This document shows positions 51,104 to 59,749 of a stretch of DNA of 64,000 nucleotides, one piece after another. Made by a program: the position numbers and the translations under genes. The DNA is from Methanobacteriota archaeon (GTDB lineage Archaea; Thermoplasmatota; E2; DHVEG-1), in assembly GCA_963769885.1 (NCBI GenBank), contig CAVYNH010000007.1:224001-288000 (forward strand), read 5' to 3'. The notes beneath the pieces were generated by a model, which did not search any database, had not been told where the DNA came from, and was given only the letters and a program-made list of their open reading frames with translations. Each line of letters starts with the position of its first letter. Position 1 is the first letter of the stretch.

Positions 51104-51925
51104 TTATCCTTCCTGGACGGGGGATCGCCAGTCGAGGCCAGGGGTGCGGATGCCGAGTTTGGGGACGAGTGGGAAGCGGCGTTTGTGCTGGCTACGTACA
51201 CGCATAACGCGGATACGTTCCACCTGAGCTTTGGTGGCATCGGCTTCTCGTTGGATAAGAGGGGGTGGGAGTTTACAATCGAGGCCGAAGAGAATCTCAT
51301 CGAGGGTTTCGTATTTCATTTTGAGTTCGCTTTCGTCAGTCTGGCCAATCCAAAGGCCGGCGGTAGGCGGTTTGGTAATGATGGGGTTGGGGATGCCCAG
51401 GTACTTTGCGAGTTGGTAGATCTGGGACTTGTAGAGGTCGCCGATGGGCTGGATGTCGACGCCGCCGTCGCCGTATTTGGTGAAGTAGCCGACGAGTATC
51501 TCTGATTTGTTGCTGGTTCCGCAGACGAGGCGGTGGGTCTGGTTGGCGTAGGTGAAGAGGAGGATCATGCGGGCGCGTGCCTTGATGTTGGCGAGGGTCT
51601 TTTTTGGTGGGCGTCTACCGAGAACGGTGGTGTAGGTATCGATGATGGGGGTGATGTCGATGGTGGTGCAAGGAATCTTGTATTTTGTTATGATGAGTTT
51701 TTGGTGGCGTCGGTCGCTTTGGGGGGTGGCTTCGTCCGGCATGAAGAGGCAGTGGACATGCCTGCGGCCGAGGGCTTGGGTGGCGAGTAAGGCCACGACT
51801 GCGCTGTCGACGCCGCCGGACAGTCCGATGATGACGCCGTTTGCGCCGGCTTGGCGGACGTAGGTTTTGATGAAGTCTTTGATGACGATGCTTGCTTCTT
51901 CGGGGTTGATGGTGGGGATGGTCAT
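51104..51925 (-). CDS. nadE: NH3-dependent NAD+ synthetase
   Basis: GLSGGVDS, NIKARARM, GTSNKSE..GYFTKYGDG, PTAGLW.GQTDE, SQHKR. Confidence 0.97.
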   Translation of the reverse strand: MTIPTINPEEASIVIKDFIKTYVRQAGANGVIIGLSGGVDSAVVALLATQALGRRHVHCLFMPDEATPQSDRRHQKLIITKYKIPCTTIDITPIIDTYTTVLGRRPPKKTLANIKARARMILLFTYANQTHRLVCGTSNKSEILVGYFTKYGDGGVDIQPIGDLYKSQIYQLAKYLGIPNPIITKPPTAGLWIGQTDESELKMKYETLDEILFGLDCKLPPPLIQREADATKAQVERIRVMRVRSQHKRRFPLVPKLGIRTPGLDWRSPVQEG

Positions 51926-53256
51926 CGTTGCCAGGTCTCCAGGGATTCTTTGGTGATTTCCATGGCTTGGGTGAGTATTTTATTGTCAACGGGGGAGAAG
52001 GAGGCGCGGGCGATGGCGAAGGGGATGCGGCGGAGGTAGTCGCTCATTCTGAGGTCGCGGCGGAGGGTGGTGTTGATGTGGGTTTCGACGATGGTGTTCA
52101 TGTCTTGGAGGTAGCGTTCGACGGCGGTGTCGGTGGCGGTGATGGTGGGCTGGTGGGTGCGGGCGAGTTTGAGCCATTGGTCGTAGTAGTCGTGTTTGTC
52201 GACGGCGTCGCCGGCGCCGTAGAATTTTTTGCGGAAGAGGGCGAGGCGGTCTTCGCGGCTGATGTTTTCGACTCTGACAACGAGGGCGCAGCGGCTGAGG
52301 AGCAAGGGTGAGAGTCCGATGTCGCTGAGTGCTTGTTTGCCGAAGACCTTGCTGCGTGGGTTGGCGAAGGCGATCATGATGAACTGGCTTTCGATGGTCT
52401 GGTGGAGTTTCGAGGAGTGGACGCTGCATTTGCCGTTGCTGAGGAGTTCGTAGCAGTATTCGATGTCATCTTCGGGGATTTTGTCGAATTCGTCGACGAG
52501 GACGAGCTTGTGGTCGGCGTGGGGGAGGGCGCCGAGTTCGCCGGTGCCGAGGTGGCAGACCAAGCCACTTCGTGTGGTGTTGGCGCCGATGGTCATGACG
52601 TCGGTGAAGTCGGTGCTGATGATTTCTTTGGCCATGGTTTTGCTGCTGCCGGGTTCGCCGATGATGAGGGAGTGAACGGGCTCATCGAAGGTGCTGAAGA
52701 GGCTGGTGGCGACGACTTTTTTCATGGTGTCGTTGCCTTGGATGTCGTGGAAGACGTTCTGCCAGAAGCCGTCGAAGCCGCGGTTTTGTGCGAACTGACG
52801 GAGGTCGTCTTCGGGCAGGGTGATGCCGTGTCGTTCGTGGTCTTGGAGGTGTTTGGCTTCGAGGATTTCTCTGAGTCCTTCGGCTTTGGTGATGACTTGG
52901 GTGAAGGTCGGTGATTTTCTGGTGAGCCGGAGGATGTTGCCTTCGATGCTAAGGGCGGTGTTTCCCCAGCCAACCGCATAGACGTCGAGGGCGTTGAGGA
53001 CGGATTTGATGACGGCTCTGTCGCGTTTTTTGACGGTGATTTCGACGAGGTCGTCGGTGGTGATGGTGATGTCGAGGATGTTTTGGTTCGCGAGGATGTT
53101 GCGGGCGCGCTGGATGAGCATGGTGCCTTTGCCTGGGCCCATGCCTAGCGATTGCACTGAGCTGAGGGCGATCTGTTCGAGGGTGGTAATGCCCATGCTC
53201 TCCAGTTTCTTCCGGTCGGAAGGGATGACTCCGAGCATGGTGAGGGCGTCTTCCAT
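51922..53256 (-). CDS. Atypical MCM-like AAA+ protein with RadA-like HhH N-terminal domain
   Basis: IQGND..K, HSLIIGEPGSSKT, TTRSGL, GALPHAD, VDEFDKI, AFANP, LLSRC; N-terminus aligns with the RadA N-domain. Confidence 0.85.
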   Translation of the reverse strand: MEDALTMLGVIPSDRKKLESMGITTLEQIALSSVQSLGMGPGKGTMLIQRARNILANQNILDITITTDDLVEITVKKRDRAVIKSVLNALDVYAVGWGNTALSIEGNILRLTRKSPTFTQVITKAEGLREILEAKHLQDHERHGITLPEDDLRQFAQNRGFDGFWQNVFHDIQGNDTMKKVVATSLFSTFDEPVHSLIIGEPGSSKTMAKEIISTDFTDVMTIGANTTRSGLVCHLGTGELGALPHADHKLVLVDEFDKIPEDDIEYCYELLSNGKCSVHSSKLHQTIESQFIMIAFANPRSKVFGKQALSDIGLSPLLLSRCALVVRVENISREDRLALFRKKFYGAGDAVDKHDYYDQWLKLARTHQPTITATDTAVERYLQDMNTIVETHINTTLRRDLRMSDYLRRIPFAIARASFSPVDNKILTQAMEITKESLETWQR

Positions 53257-53363
53257 AGGCTGCCTTGTGATGAAACCGGATAGAAACACTCTTCTGACTA
53301 AAAACATTTTTGGTAAAATCCCACTATCTTTTTTGAGGCGCGCACGAAGTAATAGGGGAGTGT

Positions 53364-54419
53364 CTAGCCCTCGGTTTGAGATTGAAGGGCTAGGTCGCGT
53401 TCGATTGTTTGGAGGCAATAGGGATCGGCGTGCGATTGCTCTGTGTGTGCGGCGGAGACGCAGAGGCAGCCGCCTTTGCAGGAGGCGCCAAAACGACAGC
53501 CTTGACAGGTAGCGTTTAGGTCTTTTTTAGTGAACTCTCGGTTATAGGTGAAGCAGGCGGGGTCGTTCCAGATCGAAGTCAGCGATTGGGAAAGAAGGGA
53601 GCCTTCTATGAACGATGGTGGGAGGGAGAGGCATCCTTTCACGGCACCGTCGCTTTGGATGCCGAGGTTGCTGATGCCGGCCTGGCAGCCGATCCAGCGA
53701 GGGAGGATGTTGATGTTGGGAAGTATCTTTGAATTGTAGCCGAAGCAGTGGGCGCCGACGATGGGGAGTTCTTTCATGCTGTATTGGTTGCGCGTGCCGG
53801 CGATGAAGAGTGCGACGGCGTAGAATTCATCTTTGGAGAGGGTGAGGTTTGGTGGGCATCGGCCGATGGCTGTGGCAACCTGGAGTTGCCATGCGACGCC
53901 GGTGTTAAGGAGGTGCTGTCGGAGGAGAGGGAGTTCGGGGAGGTTTTGTTTGTTGACGGTGGTGACAACGCTGACGCGGATTCCCGCATCTGTGAGGAGG
54001 GGCATGACTTCGAAGCATTTTGCAAATGAGCCGGGCCTTTGTCTGATGGCGTCGTGGGTCGCGGGTGTTCCTCCGTCGATGCTGAGGGCGATCGTGCGGA
54101 AATCGAGTGTGCGGAGTTTTGTTATAATCTCTGGGGTGATAATCCAGCCGTTGGTGACCATGCTTGGCATAATCCCGTGGTCTTTGATGTCGGAGGCGAC
54201 AGCGTACCAGTCGGGGTAGAGGAGGGGTTCACCGCCGAGTAGGGAGATTTTCTTGGTGCCGAGATCTGCGAGTTCTTTGGTTGTGCGGTTCCAGATGGCG
54301 GTCGGGAGTTCCTTGGTCCGTGGTCGGCCGGCTGCAGAGCCGCAGTGGATGCAGTTCATGTTGCAGCGTAGGCTGAGTTCATACGCAACGGCAAAGGGCG
54401 TGTAATGTTTCCATTTCAT
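53364..54419 (-). CDS. Radical SAM/SPASM-domain protein
   Basis: CNMNCIHC, GGEP, SIDG; SPASM GCQAG...DGAVKGC...CQGC..C.GGC...DPYC. Confidence 0.93.
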   Translation of the reverse strand: MKWKHYTPFAVAYELSLRCNMNCIHCGSAAGRPRTKELPTAIWNRTTKELADLGTKKISLLGGEPLLYPDWYAVASDIKDHGIMPSMVTNGWIITPEIITKLRTLDFRTIALSIDGGTPATHDAIRQRPGSFAKCFEVMPLLTDAGIRVSVVTTVNKQNLPELPLLRQHLLNTGVAWQLQVATAIGRCPPNLTLSKDEFYAVALFIAGTRNQYSMKELPIVGAHCFGYNSKILPNINILPRWIGCQAGISNLGIQSDGAVKGCLSLPPSFIEGSLLSQSLTSIWNDPACFTYNREFTKKDLNATCQGCRFGASCKGGCLCVSAAHTEQSHADPYCLQTIERDLALQSQTEG

Positions 54420-54457
54420 GGTGTGGTTCACCTTTTGTTTGAATTTGTTTGTCGGAT

Positions 54458-54485
54458 GGCCGGTGTCCCTTGAGGGGCACCGGTC
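54458..54485. promoter_or_regulatory. Intergenic GC-rich hairpin between the small ORF and the rSAM gene
   Basis: GGCCGGTGTCCC-ttga-GGGGCACCGGTC inverted repeat. Confidence 0.6.
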
Positions 54486-54495
54486 ACGGTTCTGT

Positions 54496-54780
54496 TTAGA
54501 ATCGGCCGAACATCTGGTAGATGGCTTGGCCGATGTTGTCGAAGTCCTGGGTGCTGACACTGTGGTAGCGTCCTGGGGTGGCGAGGATGAGTGATGAGAC
54601 GGCGCCAAGGACGGTGACGGCAAGGATGAGCAGACTGTTGATGAGCCGTCTATTGCGTCGAATGGTGCGGTTAACTGCATCTTTCGTCATCCCTAATTTT
54701 TCTCCTAGTGTGTACAGCGTTGGTGATGTCAATCCGGTCTGGATTGTGCCTGCCTTTGTCTCTTCATATGGGTTTTCCAT
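54496..54780 (-). CDS. Small single-TM protein (94 aa), candidate rSAM substrate or partner
   Basis: AGGAGG RBS; soluble N-region, basic patch, TM helix, short C-tail. Confidence 0.75.
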   Translation of the reverse strand: MENPYEETKAGTIQTGLTSPTLYTLGEKLGMTKDAVNRTIRRNRRLINSLLILAVTVLGAVSSLILATPGRYHSVSTQDFDNIGQAIYQMFGRF

Positions 54781-54890
54781 TGTTTCCTCCTTTGTCCACA
54801 AATGCATTTTGTTGTGGAGCGGGGAAAAGAGAAATTATTGTTGTAGGTGTTTTTTTGGAGGATTTAGAAAATGGTTGGTTTTGATTGCTT

Positions 54891-54953
54891 TCAGGAATGA
54901 AGGAGATCAAGAGTCGCCTGTGTGACGTCTGTGTTTATAGGGGTGACGCTCAT
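54891..54953 (-). CDS. Possible 20-aa peptide MSVTPINTDVTQATLDLLHS
   Basis: TTTAAATA box at about 54995-55002, GAGGT RBS, first ORF of the putative transcript. Confidence 0.35.
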   Translation of the reverse strand: MSVTPINTDVTQATLDLLHS

Positions 54954-55058
54954 TTTAACCTCGTGGGAAATACGTGGGAATAAACGAGGGTTGGTATTTA
55001 AAACTTGTGTCAAAACAACAGAAAAACCCTTATTGGAAGGACCATGAGCAACTTCGTG

Positions 55059-55592
55059 TTAAGCGATCCCGAGCCGGATTTTCTTCATTTCCCGTTCAAG
55101 GAACCGGTAGACGGTGGGATGTTGACTGCCGGACAAGAGCATATCCAGCGCGCGTTTCGCGACATCCATGCCTTCGAAATCCGCGATCAAGCCGACAGTA
55201 TGGCCGTAGATGACGACGCTGGCGCCGGTGATCGATTCGATGACGCGCTTCGTCTTCCCATCCCGACCGATGACACGCGCCTTGACCCGTTCGAGATGCG
55301 ACTCGGTCTTTCCCGCATAGTCATAGATATCGAAGATGTACAACTCCACATCATCTTTGAAAAGCCGGAACGCAGCCTCAGGCGAGAACCCGCGGCCGAT
55401 CGCGCGGACGATATCCTCGACCTTCAGCCCAATCAGCGGGTCCTGCGCTTTCGTGTCATCGATGGTGACCTCGCCTTCCTCAGAGTCGATCTCAAGGTGA
55501 ACATGGGCCCTCTCCTCAATCGACTGCTTCGTCTCGCCATTGTGGCCGATGAGGACCCCGACACGTTCCTTAGGGATGCGTACGTACCTCAT
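55059..55592 (-). CDS. KH-domain pre-rRNA processing protein (Dim2/Pno1-like)
   Basis: RVGVLIG..G, AIGRGFSPE, RVIGRDGKT; conserved aIF1A-RIO1-KH synteny. Confidence 0.95.
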   Translation of the reverse strand: MRYVRIPKERVGVLIGHNGETKQSIEERAHVHLEIDSEEGEVTIDDTKAQDPLIGLKVEDIVRAIGRGFSPEAAFRLFKDDVELYIFDIYDYAGKTESHLERVKARVIGRDGKTKRVIESITGASVVIYGHTVGLIADFEGMDVAKRALDMLLSGSQHPTVYRFLEREMKKIRLGIA

Positions 55593-56377
55593 GACGACGT
55601 CTCCTTCTTTTTTGTCAGCCTAGCAAAAATCTTCTCATCGTCGCCCTTGATGCCGTACTTCTGGAAATACCGCACCAGGTTTTTAAGGTCGCGCTTCAGA
55701 TACTCCAACGCCTGCGGATGATCTAGTAGCACCGCCTGCCCCACGTCAATGATATAGGGTTTCCCCCGGTAGAACAGGACGTTGAACGGGCTGAGATCCG
55801 CATGCACCAGCCGGTCCTTGTACATCTTCTTCACAAACCCCAGAAGCTCGTCGTAGACCGCCTGAGGGTCGGGTGGGTCCACGTCCTTGAGCATCGGCGC
55901 CGCACGGTCCTTCGTCCCGATGTAATCCATGACCACGATGTTATGCAGCCGCTTCAGCGGCGTCGGCACCCGGATAGAAAGCTCAGAGAGCCGTGAGAGG
56001 TTCTTGAACTCCTTCTTCGCCCACTCGTCCAGGATGTCCCGGCGGCTCTTGATGTTATGCTTGAACCGCGGATCCCCCTCGATATAGGAGGCGATGTGCT
56101 TGAACGTCAGGTTCGACGTCCGATAGATCTTGATGGCGACCAGATTCCCTTCAGGCGTCGTCCCCCGGAAGATGTTCGCCTCTTTACCCGTCGAAATCGG
56201 AAAATCCATCTGCTGCAGCGTCCCATCTGAAAACAGCTTGCTGAGCCGCAAGAGCGTGGTCTTGTCGAAGACCTCGCCGAAGGTCTTCCGATCCAATCCG
56301 ATATGCTGGGCCAGCGCCTGGGAGGTGCGGTCCAGCTTCTTCAACCATCGGTCACTGAGCAGGTCTTCAGAAGACAT
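55589..56377 (-). CDS. rio1: RIO1 serine/threonine kinase
   Basis: ISTGKEANIF, AIKIYR, WAKKEFKNL, VHADLSPFN, IIDVGQAV. Confidence 0.95.
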   Translation of the reverse strand: MSSEDLLSDRWLKKLDRTSQALAQHIGLDRKTFGEVFDKTTLLRLSKLFSDGTLQQMDFPISTGKEANIFRGTTPEGNLVAIKIYRTSNLTFKHIASYIEGDPRFKHNIKSRRDILDEWAKKEFKNLSRLSELSIRVPTPLKRLHNIVVMDYIGTKDRAAPMLKDVDPPDPQAVYDELLGFVKKMYKDRLVHADLSPFNVLFYRGKPYIIDVGQAVLLDHPQALEYLKRDLKNLVRYFQKYGIKGDDEKIFARLTKKKETSS

Positions 56378-56720
56378 TAATGGCCTCAGGGAGCAGATGC
56401 CGCTTGGCCAGGCTGATCGCCTGCGTGCGGCTGTAGCGGAACACGATGTCCGCCTTCGCATTCTGGATATCCCAAGGCTTGATAATCAACAGGTCGCCGG
56501 CGCGCACGCGGGCCTTCCGCTTCATCTTCCCAGGGATCCGGGCGAGACGGCCCTTGCCGTCCTCGCAGACGACCTGGATGCGGGAGCCTCCCATGAGGCG
56601 GTCCGCGATCGCGAACATCTCTTTCTGGTGACGCCGCGGCAGCGGGAGTCGGACGTACTCTTCGCCTTCTCCGCCCTCGTGGCCTGAAGGACCTTGATGA
56701 CCTACTTCTTCTTGCACCAT
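56367..56720 (-). CDS. eif1a: Translation initiation factor aIF-1A
   Basis: VRLP, MGGSRI.V.C.DG..RLARIPGKM, PWDIQ..KADI..RY. Confidence 0.96.
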   Translation of the reverse strand: MVQEEVGHQGPSGHEGGEGEEYVRLPLPRRHQKEMFAIADRLMGGSRIQVVCEDGKGRLARIPGKMKRKARVRAGDLLIIKPWDIQNAKADIVFRYSRTQAISLAKRHLLPEAINVF

Positions 56721-56724
56721 GGGA

Positions 56725-57279
56725 CTATAGCTCCAACGACTTAGAAATCCCCTGACAGGCCTTCAGACTGAGGCCCAGGAATTCCTCCAGTGAAAGACCA
56801 GTATCCTGACAGAGTTCAATTCTCTTTCGGTTACAGCCCGCCGCAAACGACTTATCCTTAAACTTCCCCACCAGGGTCTGGACCGTGACATCCGCCAGAT
56901 TCTTCGACGGCATCACCAACGCGGCTGCGACGACCAGCCCGGAGACCGCATCCGCCGCGATCAACCCCTTATCCAGGTAGGACTGGGGAATCTCCGCAGT
57001 GTATTCGAAGTTATGCGCCTTAATCGCGTTCACGGACTCCTCCGGGAGGAGTTCGCCGACGAGCTTGATGGTCATCAGCGAGTGTTTCTCTGGCTCTTCC
57101 TTGGTGAAGTCGAAGTCCAGGTCATGCAGCAGCCCGGTGATGCCCCACAGCTCTGGGTCTTCCCCCAGTCTGCCCGCGAGTGTGCGCATGATTGCCTCGA
57201 CCGCATAAGAATGTTTTACGAGGTTCTTCGTCCGTAGGTATTTCTGCATGAGGACGATAGCTTGTGACCGTGTAATCAT
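56725..57279 (-). CDS. HD-domain (HDIG-like) phosphohydrolase
   Basis: KHSYAVEAIM, GLLHDLD, IKAHN, AADAVSG, KFKDKSFAAG. Confidence 0.9.
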   Translation of the reverse strand: MITRSQAIVLMQKYLRTKNLVKHSYAVEAIMRTLAGRLGEDPELWGITGLLHDLDFDFTKEEPEKHSLMTIKLVGELLPEESVNAIKAHNFEYTAEIPQSYLDKGLIAADAVSGLVVAAALVMPSKNLADVTVQTLVGKFKDKSFAAGCNRKRIELCQDTGLSLEEFLGLSLKACQGISKSLEL

Positions 57280-57381
57280 TAAGTGGGACGTAGCAAACCT
57301 GCGTCATTTAAAGCTTGTTGTGCAAAAGCATATATAATTCCAAGATTGTTTCCAAGCTTCAAGCGTAGGAGAATGGGAACG

Positions 57382-57684
57382 ATGCGGACGATCATGGTTG
57401 TCGACAAGGAACAGAGCCTCCAGGCCACCATCGCCCAATACATCTCTAAGGAGGACATCAAGGTCATGGCCGCTGCGACCAACCGCGAGGCCGTCACCCA
57501 GCTTGAGGACACAAAAGAGAACGAAGTCGCGTTAATCCTCGTCGACCGGCAAATCCCAGGGACAACGATCCGGGCCCTCTACCCGGTCAAACCAGGGGAG
57601 AAAACCCAGGACCCGAAAGAGGCGGTCCTCTTCAAACCGTTCACGAAGGAGCAGCTCCTCAGCTTCCTACAGACCCAGCTCTAA
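57382..57684 (+). CDS. Stand-alone shortened receiver (REC)-like protein
   Basis: IMVVD, LILVD.QIPG, LFKPFT..QL; central region shorter than CheY. Confidence 0.7.
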   Translation: MRTIMVVDKEQSLQATIAQYISKEDIKVMAAATNREAVTQLEDTKENEVALILVDRQIPGTTIRALYPVKPGEKTQDPKEAVLFKPFTKEQLLSFLQTQL

Positions 57685-57694
57685 CCCCATTTTT

Positions 57695-58351
57695 TTATTT
57701 AAGGGTCTTCACCCATTCGTAGACGGGCTCGACCAGCGCCTTGATCCGCCGCTTCTCATCGTTCATGGGCGATGGCTGCCAACCGTCCGCCGGCTCGAAA
57801 TGGAAGTCGGTGATCACACCCTGCCGCTGGTCTTTGGACTTGAAGACTACCTTGAGCGGCATACCGAACTCAACATCCCAGGGCTTAATCCCTCGCAGCT
57901 CATTAGCGATGGCAACACTGCTGTCTCCGATAATCGCGTAGACGAGGATGATCGGCAGGCGTTTCAGTGAGGACCGTCCGCTCCACCCGGCCACCGTCCA
58001 GGTGTGCACGGTCGCGGTCAAGGGCATCTCGACCCATTCGGTCTCTGCGAGCTCGCAGTCCAGGTTCCAGCAGTGCGTTCGGACTGGCACCCAGCTTGTC
58101 CCGCACCGCGGACAACGCGTCCCCATAATTTTTCCCTCGATTAGGCCGACGAAGAACGGGCTGTTCTTCCCATGTCGGATCGTATATAGCTGGTCATAGT
58201 GGAGGAACTGATTCATCGTCTTCCGGTCATCAGAGATTTCGTAACCGACGAAGGCCAGACCGGTTTCTTGGACGCCGGCTGGTCGGAATTCTTTTTTCTC
58301 GGTGAAGGTCGGTCCACTAGCGTACTTCGTTTTTTTCCGTTGTTGTACCAT
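57695..58351 (-). CDS. DUF35 Zn-ribbon/OB-fold protein (thiolase partner)
   Basis: SPFF.GL.EGKI.GTRCPRCG...PVRTHC..C, VHTWT, FGMP. Confidence 0.9.
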   Translation of the reverse strand: MVQQRKKTKYASGPTFTEKKEFRPAGVQETGLAFVGYEISDDRKTMNQFLHYDQLYTIRHGKNSPFFVGLIEGKIMGTRCPRCGTSWVPVRTHCWNLDCELAETEWVEMPLTATVHTWTVAGWSGRSSLKRLPIILVYAIIGDSSVAIANELRGIKPWDVEFGMPLKVVFKSKDQRQGVITDFHFEPADGWQPSPMNDEKRRIKALVEPVYEWVKTLK

Positions 58352-58368
58352 TACGGTTCCCCCCATGT

Positions 58369-59616
58369 TTATGGCCTCCTGATGATAAAGTTGGAAATGC
58401 TCGTCCCGGTCCCCGCATGGCTGTTGACGATGCCGGTGGTCGGGTCGGGGACCTGCGTCTTCGAGCTGAGATGCTTCTTGGGGATCAGCCCCGAGAGCTG
58501 ATAGAAGCATTCGATGGTGCTCATGATACCAGTCGCACCGACAGGATGCCCGTAGCCGAGCAGCCCGCCGCCTGGGTTCATTGGGATCTCCCCGTCCATA
58601 TGGGTGCTCTTGTCCCTGAGGAACTGGGCGATGTGGTCACCGTCTGCGAGCCCCAGCGCCTTGTAGATCTGCGCCTCCGAGGTGGAGAACGCGTCGTGGA
58701 TCTCCCCAAAGTCAATTTGGTGAAGGGGGTCGGAGATCCCTGCCATCTTGTATGCCTTTTCCGCGGAGTTGCGGCAGGCCGCGAACTCGGTCATATCCGG
58801 GTACCCGGGCCCGTACCGTTCCTTCCAGGCGGGGTAGTTGATGCGGTCGCCGGCTCTGATCGTGCAGCTCGAGAGTCCGATGCCGTCGATGGTGACATAG
58901 CCGTCTGGGTTCACCTGTTTGGCGTATTCCTCGCTGCAGACGAGGAGGAAGGCGACGCCGCGGCTCATCAGGCAGCAGTCGTACTTCTTGAGGGGGTAGG
59001 CGATGAGCCGTGAGGCCATGACATCGTCCACGCTGATGTAGCGATGATCGTTGCGGTACCATTGGGCCTTGGGGTTGTCCATGGCGTTGTTTTTGTTCTT
59101 GGCGGCGATGCTGGCGACGTCTTCTTCGGTGACGTGGTTCTCCTTCATCCATTTGTTCGCCATGGCCGCATAATAAATGGGGTAGATGCCGCCGACCAGC
59201 AGCTCATACCGGATGTCGCTGGCGAGGGCGATGAACTCGCTGCCCTGGGACTGTGAGACGGAGTCCATGGTCTCCCAGCCGACGATGCCGACCACGTCAT
59301 GTTGCCCGCTCATGACCGCGAGCACCGCCGCGTAGAGGGCGGAGCCGCCGGTGTTGCCGCCGTTTTCGACGCGGTAGTGTGGCAAGCCGGCTAACCCAAG
59401 GTGGTCGTGGATAATCCATTCGGGCGCGAGCTGGTGTCCGAAGTGCACTGAGAAGTGCGCGTAGAGCATCAGGTCGAGGTCTCTGAGGCGAAACTCCGGC
59501 AGGTCCTGCATCGTCTCTTTGACGCAGTCCGCGGCGCCGCCTTCTATGCTTTCGAACCCGGTTGGACCGTAGTCGAACGGGGTTGTCGCTCCTCCGACTA
59601 TACAGACTCGTCTCAT
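58369..59616 (-). CDS. SCP2-type thiolase-like protein lacking the nucleophilic Cys
   Basis: RVENGGNTGG, KNKNNA..NP.AQ, DCC..S.G, EIHDAF, NPGGGLLGYGHPVGATG. Confidence 0.9.
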   Translation of the reverse strand: MRRVCIVGGATTPFDYGPTGFESIEGGAADCVKETMQDLPEFRLRDLDLMLYAHFSVHFGHQLAPEWIIHDHLGLAGLPHYRVENGGNTGGSALYAAVLAVMSGQHDVVGIVGWETMDSVSQSQGSEFIALASDIRYELLVGGIYPIYYAAMANKWMKENHVTEEDVASIAAKNKNNAMDNPKAQWYRNDHRYISVDDVMASRLIAYPLKKYDCCLMSRGVAFLLVCSEEYAKQVNPDGYVTIDGIGLSSCTIRAGDRINYPAWKERYGPGYPDMTEFAACRNSAEKAYKMAGISDPLHQIDFGEIHDAFSTSEAQIYKALGLADGDHIAQFLRDKSTHMDGEIPMNPGGGLLGYGHPVGATGIMSTIECFYQLSGLIPKKHLSSKTQVPDPTTGIVNSHAGTGTSISNFIIRRP

Positions 59617-59749
59617 GCCTTTTCTCCTCAAGGAACCTTAGAACCCCACCGAGGGAATAAGTGCCCCAGACCCCTAAGCAAATGTTGCGTTATAAAAATA
59701 TTCTTTTTTTCAATCCAGCTCAACGAACAGGGATGCTTCCATAAGGATA

